From Podarcis liolepis (lineage: Eukaryota): a stretch of 64,000 nt of DNA. The position numbers were made by a program, and so were the translations under genes. Positions 24,573-37,874 of this stretch are shown one piece after another. Position 1 is the stretch's first letter. Each line of letters begins with the position of its first letter. The notes under the pieces are model-generated. The model was not told where the DNA came from. It ran no database searches and saw only the letters and a list, made by a program, of their open reading frames with translations. The DNA lies in NCBI GenBank assembly GCA_965112155.1, contig OZ218103.1, one strand, 5' to 3'.

Positions 24573-26065
24573 ACCTACATTATTTGTTTGAATTTTATAA
24601 ATTTAACACAAGTAGCATATGAAAATGACATTTTTCCACGGGTGTTTTACAGTGAAAATTGCTATTTAGAATAACTTCTTAGAATTTATGGATATGTAAC
24701 TTTCTAAATAACTGTGAGGTATTTTCTCAATATAGTGAAGTATATAAAGAATGTCTCCCAGCCTTTTTTTTCCTAGAAAAAATGTACCCTCAGAAGATAA
24801 TGAAGCGCTCTGTCTTTAGATAGCGCCACTGATGAGTATGTGCTAGAAGTCTCGGTTAATTGTTGTGGTTATTTGTGACTATACAAAGCAATTCAAAAGC
24901 AATCCATTTATGCTGAGGTCTCAAAAGTAAATTGAAACTGTTTTGGCGTTCCTAAGGGCCAAACTAGATGATGCATTAAATGTGATTGTAGTTTCATACT
25001 TTCCCAAGTTTTGTTTTTTTGAAAAAATAGCTATATGATGGGGAACTAGCCTAGGAATGCAGAGAGGAGAGCCATAACATTTTCCCCAAACTGCGTGCAC
25101 ACAAAACACACGGCTGTTCAGGGTGGAAACTGCTTTTCTCTGTCAAACAGCTTGGGGGGGTCTCCAATGCCTTTATTTAGACATGCAAATATGATTGTTT
25201 TTTAACATCTATTTTGGCCCCTTAGCGAGCTTGTGAAAAATGCATTAATAAAAAAAGCAAGTGACTCAAAACCTGGATGTAGAAATAAGTGTGGCTCAGA
25301 TGTAGACTCACTATATACTGATGCAGGATTCCTGAAGCTGGTGCATCCTGAGCAAAGTTGTCTGCAAAACAGTCGTTTTTTGGCGTTTCCCCGAGAATCA
25401 AAATGCATTCTGGTCTAGGTCAAAGCTGACCTTCAATCCCGTATAGACCATGACCTCAAGTTATGACAGCAGTTATGATACAATCTCCTGAAACACATGG
25501 TGGCTGCTAATCCAGCACCATTCCACACAGGTGCTGTGAGAGGGAGGTCCGGGCGTATGCAGCTTGTCACCTCTTGGGCAACGTAAAAGGGTGGCCATCA
25601 CTGATCAACTTTTAGCCAGGTAGCTGGTATGTGGAGATACTACCGTTTAACAAATAGGGCCTCCACATTTGTGCTGTGAGCTTGGAGGCAGCACCATGAA
25701 CTGAGCAATCTGCTCACAAACAAGCATTTTGTATATCGGGGAATGCTTTGGAGGAATCTTTTACTTCGTAGGTCTGCTGAGGGTATCTTGTTGAAATGAA
25801 TTGGTTGTGCGATTTGAATTTCCTTGGCTCCCACGTTCTGTGCCAAAAGGTATCTTTCGTACCCATTTTTGAAGCTGTCGTCTTGAGTAGAATCCTGCTG
25901 AGGAAAAAGAGCTCACTCTCCTTGACAAAGTCTCTCCTTGACTAGTCTCAAAAGGAAAGACTCAAGTGTCAATAGAGTGTACTGCTCAGCTGATTTCATC
26001 TTGATGAATATAAGGCTCACCCCATAAAGTTAGAAAACAACAAAGATGCACTGAAAATTGAGGAT

Positions 26066-26071
26066 TTTATT
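26066..26071 (-). terminator. ANKRD13C: Candidate distal ANKRD13C polyA signal (others at 26233-26238 and 29481-29486)
   Basis: AATAAA on the minus strand at the end of an AT-rich, repeat-poor tract about 3.8 kb downstream of the stop. Confidence 0.5.
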
Positions 26072-29000
26072 GAAAAATTGACCAATAAAATGTCCTTGTG
26101 AAAGTGATACACTGTAACATCCTTTTTCTTTAGCCTTCCTCTAATAAGGAGGAAGTGTCCACACATGGTAGAATATAGATTTCTGAAAATGTCCATATGT
26201 TCAGTCTCAAAAGCAAACAGCATCTTTTGGTCTTTATTCTAAGTGGTACAACCAAAAACACTATTAGTGAAAGTGAGTTTAGATTAGACAAAGAACACAT
26301 GAAATATACAAAAAAAAATGACATTAGGTTTTCACAATTATAAACTGTCAAAAGAAAAATTGCAGCATTATAGGAAGTTTGTTAATAAAGTTTAAATAAT
26401 TAACTTTTAATGAATCAAAATCAACAAGTATATATTTAAAAAATGAACTTTTTGAATATATTATGCTTCAACTTAAGGTAGGTTTCCAGCACAGATTTAT
26501 ATCCACAGTTGTACTATCTGATAACAATTGCTAGGTATCCATCAATTGCAGTTTAAAACTTAAATAAGGAGACAAACATCAGCTGCTTGGAAAGAAAGAT
26601 TATTCCCTTTGCCACAAGTTAAAGCAATAATTTGGAAGACCAGTAAAACTGAGTTTGGTTAAGGAAGAGCTCAGGGGTTTCTTTTTAAAAGGATTCCATA
26701 TTTATGCCTACCAATACACTTTGCTTGGTTTCTAAGAGGACATACGGTATTTCAGAGAAGTTTCAAAAGCCTCAAAGAAAAGTCAAGTTCATGTATACTT
26801 TTGCATCAGTCTAAAATATTCAGAATGCTACTTCCTTTACACTCTTGCTTCCCACAGATGTTATATCCAACAATGACCTATAAGCATGCAAGAGGCACTT
26901 AACCTATAATCTGGCCTCTTTCTGGTTCTTCTATTGCGATACTTTAGCACAGTTTGCATGAATGCTGTTTCACAATGCACCCCCCACCCTGCTTTCCCAA
27001 TACCCTTGTGAGATAAAAAAATCCTTGAGAAAGATTCAAATGTTCTCCAGGACACAGTAATAATGCCCAACTGAAGTTCCTAGCTGTGACACTGCTATGT
27101 CAGAAAATATAAGTGCTTAACTACTAAGTGCTAAATAATTTTGATTCATTTATGTCTACTCTTCTTTAATAACCAAGTATCAAAATCTCAGATCCAAGAC
27201 TTCCTAATCCAGCGGTAAACTCTTGGGAATATTACTGTGGGCATGGAGCTCCCTTTACAGAGGTGGTTTTTTTCCCAGAGTCAATGTACAACATTCCTAT
27301 TGCATGGGTGGCTAAACTACCTGAATTGACATACCAGGAGCTTGATGCATACCAGAGATCTGCTTGTATATGCATCTGCTTGCAGACGCTTTGCCAGCAA
27401 CAACGGGTGCTGCTTTTTCCTGAAAATCCACTACTGGAACAAAACTAAACTCCCTTTATGTAGCTACAATTTTTTTTAATGGGATGAAATACAACATAAA
27501 CTGAAATCTTTAAAGTAGGGGTGTAACAGAATAACATTGCTCCGAAATCACTTCTGTCCTCCAAAATGGTGCAGCACCTCCACCCGGTTTAAGCCCTTCT
27601 TCACAGAAGGACACAAGGTTGTGACTTGAATAGCACAAAGTTCATTGTTCTTTGTTACCGTGAAAGGAGACCCACTTGCTAGACATTAGTCTGACAGCTC
27701 ATGGGCTAACATTTATTTTTGTAGAACTCGATGAAAAACAACTTTGGCATTATTTATCCAGTAATTTTACATACGTAGGAGATGACCAATTGCATATTTC
27801 CACAGTTTAGTGGCCATCACCTATCAAGCCCATACCACACACCGTTCATTGGTGTGAGAACAGCATTGTAAATATCATTTTAAGCATCTCAGTTGTTTTA
27901 TGAAATACTCCCAGGATAGGTAACATGAAGTGTCAAGCACCTTCAAATCCAATGTCTCCTACAGAAATTATCTGGCAGGGGAAACACCATGATTTTTTTT
28001 ATATATAAAATTATATTGACAAAACAGCTCTGCCTTCAAAGTTCATTTTCTATTTACAGGCAGACAATATCCTCTGACAGTGGATACTGGTAGTGAAATG
28101 GAACTTTCCACAATATGGCAGCTACAATGATATACTAAGCCAGCAGAACTGTCAGTCTTCACTGTCAACATCACTCAGGATTGAAGCTTTAAACAAATTT
28201 ACAGTATTTGTGGAATTGGGCCCAACATTTGGGCCCCTATTTTAGGTCATGAAGATTTTTTTTCTCGTGAGTTTCCTCTCTGCACACTGCAACAGTACAA
28301 AGCTATAGGACTTGGGAATATGCTTGAAACCTTTTTCCTGGCAAAGCTTATGTGCCTCATGAGTCTGGTTTTACTGTGCACTGTGACTCACCTCAGCCCA
28401 TTTGACATTCCAAGTTATCACCAGCACTGGGTGTGTTAACTAGCATGGTGGCTTAAGTCTGAAAGTGACTTGAGCAGTTTCCAAAAGAAGAAGAAAAAAA
28501 TGACTAGACTGCACAAAGAATATACCTTTGAAAATATTTACATTTCTGTACATTTACACATCACTGGAAGCTAAAAAGTCTTGGAATACAAATGAACATA
28601 GTACTGACAATTCTGGACACATTCTTTCCAGTAGAGCAAAAAAGGATAGTTTCTCTTCAAGTTTCATACAGTGGAACCATATGAAGATTCTAATTTTTTT
28701 ATTTAAAAAAAAACAACCTTCTGAATAAAACCGAACATTCTTCTTTCTGTAGCTACCCATGCTGGAAATACCTTAATTATTCTTGTACTTTCATTTTTGT
28801 ACTCTCCATCCCCAATCTATTGCAACCCCTATTCACATCTAGGTTTGCACTTTGGGAAATGAAAGCATAAACCAAGATTATTGTAGTAATATATTCAATA
28901 TATTCCCAAATACTACTGGATAACAAATACAAGTTTAGTAGGTTTGATGGGCAGCTTTTATGGCTCTGAGGAACCCAAAAGAATGTCAGTGATTCAACCT

Positions 29001-29855
29001 GTGGGCTGTTTAATAATCTCCAAGCATGCTCTCCAACGAACACAGCAAGGACATTTCCAACCAGCTTGGGTGGGGAGGGCAGAGGGGATATCTGCAGATT
29101 TATATAAGATTAGTAACAACTTACATTGGAGAAATGATAGGTTGGCGGGGGGGGGGGGTATGAATAGCACCACAATGAATTGCACTAAGGTGCTAAAGGA
29201 GGTACCTTATTCCCTGCAGAGTGAAGGCTCTAATTCTGAAACGTATTGCAGTAAATGAATGCAACTGTTTAAATGCTTACCATTTGGTTCATTCGTCTGC
29301 AGAAAATCAATTCCTTCTACTATATGCTCAATTTACTGAACAAATATTACAGAATTTACAATATATGAAAACAAAGCTCCAAGGAAGGTTATAAGAGCAG
29401 CTTAAGTAAGATGGGTATTTTAAAGGGCTAATAGCCAGGTAAGACATTTTAGTTCTTTATGCTAATGGTCCAAGGGTGCTTTTATTACCGAGAAACGTAA
29501 AAAAATTAAGAACAAATTACAGTCCTTATAGCTGTTATGTAAGTTTTCGGGGGGGGGGCAGGGGGAACTTACTGAGGTGCCAGGCTATCATGCTTGCAGG
29601 TCTGGATGTATAAATGCATGTGACACAGCAGGAGACCAGCTTTCGTTTAGACACTAGGTGGATGCTTGCTATATGGTACAACTGACTGAGATTCACGGTG
29701 TGTTCCCTTTCTGGATTCATTTTAGCGAGTTCTGTCCCTTCGTACTTCACCCACTTTTAGACAGATGTCTGTGGGCTACCTGCATCCTCTCTCTCCCTGT
29801 CTCCTTGTGGCATGCTGGTATTTTCTTTTTATTTACTGCTAACTTTCCAGTTAAG

Positions 29856-29986
29856 TTAGAGATCAGGAAAGCGGCTAGGGTCCTCCTTGTAGTCATCAGG
29901 AATTGTGAAGATGGATTCATCAAACTCATCATAGCGAAACTCCTGAAAAGTCACAGTGGCTGTGATGGTTGGAAATACAGGTATAT
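29856..29986 (-). CDS. ANKRD13C: ANKRD13C coding exon 13 (last)
   Basis: DIPVFPTITATVTFQEFRYDEFDESIFTIPDDYKEDPSRFPDL*; TAG acceptor; total CDS 1554 nt. Confidence 0.96.
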
Positions 29987-31084
29987 CTAGGAAGAACAGA
30001 GCAAAGGATTGGGAGGTTAGAAAAGGCACAATGCACAACGGAAAAGGGCATTTCTGTGGCAGAAAAGGATTCACCAGCCACTTGCTCAACTTCCTGGTAA
30101 TCTGGCTGGAACAGTGTGTCAGAGGAGGGGTTGGGGGCTGAGTTTACAGTGGTTCTGGTCCTTTCTGGAGGGATATGTGTAAATTGTTTTTAACTTATTG
30201 TAAAGTAGCTTGAGATTGCCCTAAAGGGCAGAGTGAAAATATATTTTAAAAAATCTTCATTGTCCAACTCTGTTCACACTTCATGCAAATACTTGCACTC
30301 CTCACTGTTCTCATTTGTTAAGAAAAGAGCACAATGTTAGCCTCCAACCATGTTAAAGCACTGACAAACTTGGTGTAACTCTGTACCATCACAACACAGC
30401 AAATCCCTGGGCACTGACTGTGTGGCTTCTTTGTTTTCTATGACACCCGGTAAGCTTCTGCAGAAACTTTGGGTAGCAGGCAGACGAATTTTGTTCACGA
30501 GGGCTGACGTCTTGAAAACTGAATCATTGCTTGTGGTGTATGTTCATCCCATTTTTGGATTTTGGATAAATAGTTCTGCAGGTTTTTGTGTATTTGGGAA
30601 AACCTACTAGCCTGCTTTATCAGAGGGGACAAGGCCCTAAGATATTAAACCATGTTTGCCTCTCTTGCGAAATGCTGACTGTCTCCAGCCTTCCTTACTC
30701 TATTGCCGCACTTCTCATTGGCCAAAATAGTTTTGAAGTAAGACTATGAAGGAAACAAGTGATTTTCATGAGAGACTATGGGCATGCAGAAAAGGGTTAA
30801 TCTCCCTTCCATATACACTGTATCTCCAAATGCTAAATGTGTTTCCTACGTTGCCTACTCAATAGGCAATAACTTCACTTTCTATTATTGTGTACTTTCC
30901 ACTCTGTACACTATGAAATGGCATGCTAGTTTCACTCCAGCATCTGACTGTCTTCCTGCTAAAGCCTGAGTGACAGCCCACTGCATTTCTCACCACAAAG
31001 ATTAAAAGGCTTTTCAATACAACCCATGTTCTTGGCAGACCAGACAGTCCCTTTTAATTGATGAAATACACTTCGACAGCTCAC

Positions 31085-31185
31085 CTAACTTTACAGGAAA
31101 ACCCGGTGGTAGTTTCATCTGCACAAACTCCCGCAGTTTGTTAAAGTGCTTGAAGGGTGCAATTACTTCTAAAACATTCAATAAC
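31085..31185 (-). CDS. ANKRD13C: ANKRD13C exon 12
   Basis: LLNVLEVIAPFKHFNKLREFVQMKLPPGFPVKL; CAG / GTGAGC; 101 nt. Confidence 0.96.
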
Positions 31186-32442
31186 CTGGGGGGGAAACAC
31201 ACACATGTAACAATTTCATCTCTTAGCAGCTTTAGGATTTACCCACACACTCCTAATCAGTGCACTGTAAGAAAAAGAGGTGTCATCTCAGCAAATCACT
31301 GGAAACTGAGCCAAGACACATGCCGAGGGAAAGACGCTATTGTTCATGGCCACTGATTCAAATCAAGTAATTATACTGAACCATTTTTGTTAGCACAATG
31401 CAGGTTAAGCAAGAGTAAGCTAAATAGTCCGGCATAACTTTGGTCCAATGCAGCTCAGAGACAGTCACAACTGAGTATTCAAACTGCAGCGAGCTTCAAA
31501 TGACTTGGTAGGAGGATTTCCAGATTGTTTCTCCTTTGGGTAAAACTGAGTTTTAGCACTCATTTATTTTCTGTTAGGTGAGATTTAAATCTCAGGATTT
31601 CAATAGGTTTCGAAACTAAAACTTATTAAGAACTCCAGTAGTAAAGCGTCAAGCTTAAAACAAGTTTCCTTTTGAATCGTAACAGGAAGAATCTTCCAAA
31701 ATTCCAGTTTAGGAACTTTTCTTTATAGATGTCGGAAAACTTCCTATCCGGGCACACAAATAATAAAAGATCTGGAAAAGCATCACACTTCAAAAACTAG
31801 ACATTTCCAAGTCACTATATATTCCGAATATCTCTCATTAATTTTTTTCACATCATCTCCTCCACAGCATCTATGTAAGTGGCTAACTTATTCAGATCAT
31901 AAGTAGAGCGAATGTACTAGTATGGGTACACTGCTGAAAGGCTTCAGAACCCAACATGTTGCTTACAAGGCCTCCAGTGCCCATTCTTGCAGGGGTTCAT
32001 TAACTTCCATAACTTCAACCCCACCCTTATGATTCCTGTTCCTTGTCCCACAATCCTCCTAGCTAAAGTTCAACCTCCTTCACCCCAGATTTTTCTTCTA
32101 CTTGAAAAAGTTGCCAAAACATAGAATGCTCTTTGGCTCTTAGATGCAGAATAAATCATACACACTTCCTTTTTTATATATAGATTTGAGAACAGAATAC
32201 AGAGGACTTGAGACGTCTGGATAAAATCTGAGAACTTTACATTTAAGAATACTGGAGAAACTACAAAACAATTGGATCATTGTAGAGGTGAACCTATGGC
32301 AGGCAACATGTTTTCCCATTTATTCTATGGCAATGTATTATACTGCAGTCTTTGAACAAGCAAAATTTTATACATATCAGCGTATTTTAGCTAAATCACA
32401 TGCCCTTTCACAAACTTTTGTAGTGGACAGTTTGAGACTTAC

Positions 32443-32541
32443 GATTCAATTCCTAGAGGAAATTCTTGGCTCATGGCTATTGTGGCTTTAAATGTTTTCT
32501 TGCTTTCTTTGCAGACCAGTTCCCTACCCAAATGAGGTGCT
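32443..32541 (-). CDS. ANKRD13C: ANKRD13C exon 11
   Basis: APHLGRELVCKESKKTFKATIAMSQEFPLGIE(S); TAG / GTAAGT; 99 nt. Confidence 0.95.
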
Positions 32542-34937
32542 CTAAGTTAAAGAAAATAAAAATTAAAACCTCCCTAGAGACATAATTTATAAAAACAATA
32601 AGAAATTGGAATGCATTTCTCTTGTGCAGGAAAACAAGTTGACAGAAGTTGTTTAATGATGCCTAGAAGAGTTCAGATAGCAAAAACTGCCGAAGCAGGC
32701 AAGCTGCCCAGGGACTAACAGATTAAAGCAACTGAATAGAAGTCTGTAGAAAAGAGAAAAATATAAATACACATACACACTTTGGCCGTATGATTTCACA
32801 CAGTTAAGAATCTAGGACTAGGATCTAAAAAGCTATTCAGATGAGCCCAAGGGGAATTTGTCTTTTGACTTTGAAGAGCAAACCCTCATACTGTTTCTAA
32901 AATGTTTTGCAAGTGTGGCATGGAGCCCAATGGTCATGATAACTAGTTTAACAGTTCTTTCCATACTGGCCATTGGACACTAAAATGGAAATAGTGTGGA
33001 AGCCTTAAACAAGGCGGGGGGAAAGAAGGAATAGATACCAGAATGTTACTTTCTAATTTCTGTGATCAAACAACTTCTGCTGGACCAATGTGTAAGTATG
33101 GAAGAAATTCATACTGAAACAGACTGTCTTCCTTGAGTGCAATTTTGTTTAGAAACTTAGAACTGTTCTTTAATATTTACATTTAAACTTGTACATTTGG
33201 GATTGGATCTAGAGTTATCTTTCCACAAAGAGAAGGGCTCCCTCAAATCTTGGAAAGAAGTGAGATCCAGCAAAAAGTCTCATTAGAGTTCACTCTTGCT
33301 CATGAAGCCCACAGTGCCCTGTCCCGTGGTGGGATAATGTTTGGGTGTCTCCCATTCTCCAGAGCATCTTCCCATGGGGCTGTGGGAGGGTGGGAGGAAT
33401 TGGCAAAAATGCCTCCCCCACCCTCTCCAGTTGGAGATGCTGCTGGAAAGCTGGAGCTAACCCTCTGAATAGTGTTAAGAAAGATATCACATTCCAAAAT
33501 TTACAAGTAAGGACATGCTGAGGCATCCGAAAAATATCCAGAGTCATCCAAAGCTCTCCAAGTCCATCAATATTAGAGACTTGTCATCTTGTGTTTAGTC
33601 AAGCCTTCATGACCATTTCACCCCAAACCCATGAAAGTCCAAAATGAAGAGACCACTTCTGATTTGGTCAAGCATGTGTATAAAAGTAAAAACAACAAGG
33701 CATATATAATCAGTTTAAGATGTTATTAAAACAAAGACAATATCATGAGTTGAGGGTTAAACAGCAGTGTTGTCACAGTTAAAATCTAGGATGAAAAAGC
33801 CTTTGATTTCATGCCACTAATACTGACCAAATTCAAGATAGCTGCTTTAGCTCTAGTAATGACAATAAGATTATGTGCATGGAATAGGAGTTTCATTCAA
33901 CAGCATTCTGACATGCACATCCCAGTCTACACACATTATCAAATCATCCTTCAAAAGCTGTTTGCTATAGGGTGCGGAATGCTGCTTTTCACGAAACCAT
34001 TTGGAGCTCAGGAGTAGTTTCACGGATCTCTGGATAAGTAGATCTTATCATACTACTTTTCTTCAAGATAAATCACACCAAATACAAAGGACATATCTGA
34101 TTCCCATGAGAAAGGGACTGATTTTACACCATTGGAACAATGGGACCTAAACGTATTGGGGTCAGTCCATACAATCTAAAACCTGTGTGTGCAACTTTAA
34201 GCAGACATTTCTATTTTCAAATTTATAAGGCTTTACTGCAGGAATAGGAAGAATGGTTTCATTTAATCTTTGTTCTCAATTCTATACTAAACGTTTCAAA
34301 TGACTACCTATGAGGTGAGCCAAGGACAGCACCTTATGCAATAAATTTGGATGTCATGGCTGGTTTCATAGATAATTAAATTTCACAGATTTGCACTTTT
34401 AAACCCCAATAAAGGCCCAGAGCAGATGATATTTGAGTCCTTCATGCATTCTGATTGAAAAGATACTCTCATTGCAGAAATTGCTTGTATGCTTCCAATG
34501 AAAATAAACTAATATATAAAACTAAATATATTGAAACACACAATTTTAAATAAAAAAGCTTGAAGCATAGAAGGTTTCAATTCCCTGTAATTATTATTTT
34601 ATTATCGTATTTATATGGCTGGCATCTGTCTTTCTCAGGAGACAATGGAAAAGTGCGCCTTTGGGGTGAAGGCATATTTATATAATGCTTATATCTTGCC
34701 TTTTCCCCAGACCAAGACTCAAGGAAGTTTGCAGATAAAATAGGAAAAGCTAAAAACATAGAAAAGTAATGCCAAATAAAATGCACATGTAGGATTTAAC
34801 CAAGGAATTACAGACACCATGGGCTTCTGCTCATGGAAGTGACCCTGATTCAGTCAAAACTCATGCCTGGGGAAAAGAAAAGGTAACATTCACCAGTTCT
34901 TCCTTCCCACTGAAGCCTGCAGCGCCACCTCCGAGAA

Positions 34938-35551
34938 CAGGGCTTGGCAAACTAAGGTCCCCAAGCTATATCAGGCCCACTTGGGTCCTAAATCTGGCCC
35001 GCTCCGCAAAGCCGTAACCCGCTGCGAAGCTGAGACTCCCGGCAATGGTGGCAGCGGCTCTTCCACTCAATCGCCTGGTTTACCTCAGCGGCATTTGATT
35101 GGCAGAGACGTCCCCGTGCTGCACTGAGGTAAACCAGGCATAGCGTTTGATTGGTAAAGCCTCCACCACTTGGCCTCTTCCTCCCATCGCCAAGAATCTC
35201 AGCTTCGTGGCGGGTTCTGGCTTCATGGCGTGGCCTCTTCCTCCCGCCGGCGCCGCCCTGGTGCTCCAGTGGGCCAGAGAGCGGAGCGGACGAGCTCGCT
35301 CTGCCTACCCATGAGAAGCGATGGCGGGGAGGAGGACTACTTGCCCCCCTCGCCTCTTCTTCCAGCTCCCCTGCCCCAGGTGCTACTTCTCGGCCCGCCA
35401 CAAGGTCTGAGGGATAGTGGACCAGCCCACAGCTAGGGTCCTCCTGGGCGACATTTCACAGGGCACAGGGAAAGGAGGAATCGGTGAAAAATAACCTCCC
35501 TCCTCCCAGTGGAGTGTCTCGTGAAAAGAACTCAATTCATGTGAAGCCCTG
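34938..35551. mobile_element. CpG-rich hAT-like non-autonomous element (possibly composite) with internal hairpin
   Basis: Starts CAGGGCTTGGCAAACT...GGCCC (Charlie-like end) and ends AAGCCCTG; no clean TSD seen. Confidence 0.45.
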
Positions 35552-35614
35552 ATCCAACACATTATGTTTTGAAAACGACATTAGGTATATACGTAGCAGC
35601 GGCTATATACTCAC

Positions 35615-35694
35615 TTTCCATTTTCAGCAGATATGTACTCCTCCCATGTAATTGTGTTTGGTGGAGGTGGAGTAAGAGACTGCCTCCTGACAGG
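35615..35694 (-). CDS. ANKRD13C: ANKRD13C exon 10
   Basis: PVRRQSLTPPPPNTITWEEYISAENG(K); CAG / GTGAGT; 80 nt. Confidence 0.95.
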
Positions 35695-35954
35695 CTGTTA
35701 AAGAAAACAAATGGGAATTATTTGTAAATCCAAGCACTTCACTACTTAGTAGGCTACCATCATCTTGTCTAAAAGAACATCTGTGTCTCATGCTTCCTCC
35801 AACATTTGCCAATCTGAAGAAGAGTAAATCCAAAATTAGAACACTGCACTCCTGACAAATGAACAGCAACCAATCATTTTGACATGAAGCAGAAGTGTAC
35901 ACGTGTTAGCATGCCTGAAGAGCTGCGTACAAAAATATAAGCATTTCTTAAGGA

Positions 35955-36060
35955 TTGTTGTTGTTTAGTCGTTTAGTGGTGTCTGACTCTTCGTGACCCC
36001 ATGGACCAGAGCACGCCAGGCACTCCTGTCTTTCACTGCCTCCCGCAGTTTGGTCAAACT
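35955..36060 (-). mobile_element. 5'-truncated Bov-B (RTE) LINE 3' end
   Basis: Minus strand encodes LTKLREAVKDRSAWRALVHGVTKSQTPLND*, typical of the Bov-B ORF C-terminus, followed by a (CAA)n tail. Confidence 0.85.
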
Positions 36061-36376
36061 TTTGTCTCCCCCAGATAAATCACAAGCATCAAGACAAGAG
36101 CAAACCTTGGCTATAACTCCTGGACTGTCTGGAACAAGACAAACCATGTGCCTAGGTTTGGCTGTAACGCTAAGCCAAACCATGGCTTAAGCTCTAGCTG
36201 GTGTGGCAGCCAGAGGACTAGGAGTGGACCGAAGTGGTCACGATTTCTGCTGTGAGTACCTGCACACTTGCACATTCACACTCAGCAATGGCTTGGCTTA
36301 GCATTACATGTGAACTAGGCCAGTAAAAGGCCATCTGTTGTTAAATGTTCAATTTAAACAGAACTTTTAACTGTAC

Positions 36377-36538
36377 CTCAAAATTTTGTTCCATCAAGTT
36401 TCCACCTTTACTCAAGCTTTCCATAATAGCCTTGTTTCGAAGAATATCTTCCTCACTGAGATGTTCCCGTCTTTTCCTTGATTCTAAGACAAGTCCATTA
36501 ACCAGGTAGAAGTCTGCCAAAAAGTTTCCTACCCTTTC
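36377..36538 (-). CDS. ANKRD13C: ANKRD13C exon 9
   Basis: ERVGNFLADFYLVNGLVLESRKRREHLSEEDILRNKAIMESLSKGGNLMEQNFE; CAG / GTACAG; 162 nt. Confidence 0.96.
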
Positions 36539-36867
36539 CTGCAAACACACAAAGATAAAACACATGAAGTATTTGAGCCAAAATGCAAAACTTCTACTGA
36601 AACTCATTCAGTCTTTTCATTTATTGCCTACCTGCCAACTGCTTATGTTCTTGCCCCTAATGTCTCATTTTTATATATTTCACTCGCTTTTCTTATAACC
36701 CTAACTTTTAACACCCTCCCTTCTCCCAATCTAGATGACTGGGAAAGCAAAACTGACAGCCTATATTTTTGTCCCACGTTTCACCTGCCTTACAGGCATC
36801 TTCCCTGGGGCACACTAGCACAAGATGGATGGATGGATGTCTTAAAATAGTTATTAAAAAGTCTTAC

Positions 36868-36999
36868 TGTTTTATCTTCTCGAAAAAGCCATCCTGTTTG
36901 GGCACGTGTGAAGGTGATTGATTTGGTTGATAATGTTGCTGAATAAATATCGCTGCTCATCAAAATGTCAACTTCCTCCTCTGTTTCCATCTCAGATTC
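36868..36999 (-). CDS. ANKRD13C: ANKRD13C exon 8
   Basis: ESEMETEEEVDILMSSDIYSATLSTKSITFTRAQTGWLFREDKT; CAG / GTAAGA; 132 nt. Confidence 0.96.
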
Positions 37000-37729
37000 C
37001 TGAAAAAAGCAAGAATATTAATTGTGGTTTGGGTTTGCTTTGCGGTTTATTTTTTTAAAAAAAAACCCAAATTATTTAAACAGATTTGTTATCCTCTCCC
37101 TGTCCAATTTCTGCCTGAAATAAATAGAAGCCTTCCAGTAATAATTCCATTAGGTAGCAGTCTTAACCACTGCAAGTATGAGTACACCATATCTCCCATT
37201 GATATACATTCTCAGGTACAAGATTACTCTCCATTTAATTTCAGCTTCTTTCTAAAGCTACGCGTTCACATGTTGCCTTTGGAAACCTTCAGCGTAAATT
37301 AGTCTTCTGCAGTCTTCTGATTTCTCAGACCCTAGATGTGCATCGTATTACTGTCACTGCTATGTAAGTAATAATATATTTTGGGAGGACATTAGCAATC
37401 TATAAGGGAAAAGAGTTTAATATTGTTTGCAGTAGAACTGTTAAGCAACAAGGTATCCTGCAAAGCAACACTAAACGTAAGAGAAAAAACGGCAGTGGGG
37501 TTATAGCCCTCCTCCATGCATGTCTACTGTGTTCAATGGAAGTGCTCCCAAGTAAGGGCACAGAGGACTGCAGCCTTACATGTCTGATACCGGAATGACA
37601 ATATCTTGCAACTACCTTGTACATTTTTAAAACAAGTCATTTATTTGGGGCACAAAACAGCAGGAAACACATTTTGCTTTGTTTTTGAGTAGCATTGTGA
37701 AATATTTTACTAGCGGTGCTGCAGCTTAC

Positions 37730-37874
37730 CTCGTGATGTATTCGCTGGTAAACTTTTTGTTCGTTGTCTAAAACTACAAAGGATTCAGAGGGTGCAGCAT
37801 CACCGTTGAAAATGAAGCTCAAGTCCCCTCGTTGGCACTTCATGTCAGTAAAATCTATGAGTGTTGTGTCAAGC
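37730..37874 (-). CDS. ANKRD13C: ANKRD13C exon 7
   Basis: LDTTLIDFTDMKCQRGDLSFIFNGDAAPSESFVVLDNEQKVYQRIHHE; CAG / GTAAGC; 145 nt. Confidence 0.96.

Noticed and set aside
33250-33547. GC-richer patch with short ORFs in ANKRD13C intron 10
   Set aside because: No convincing donor or homology; resembles old dispersed squamate repeats, and the exon chain is complete without it
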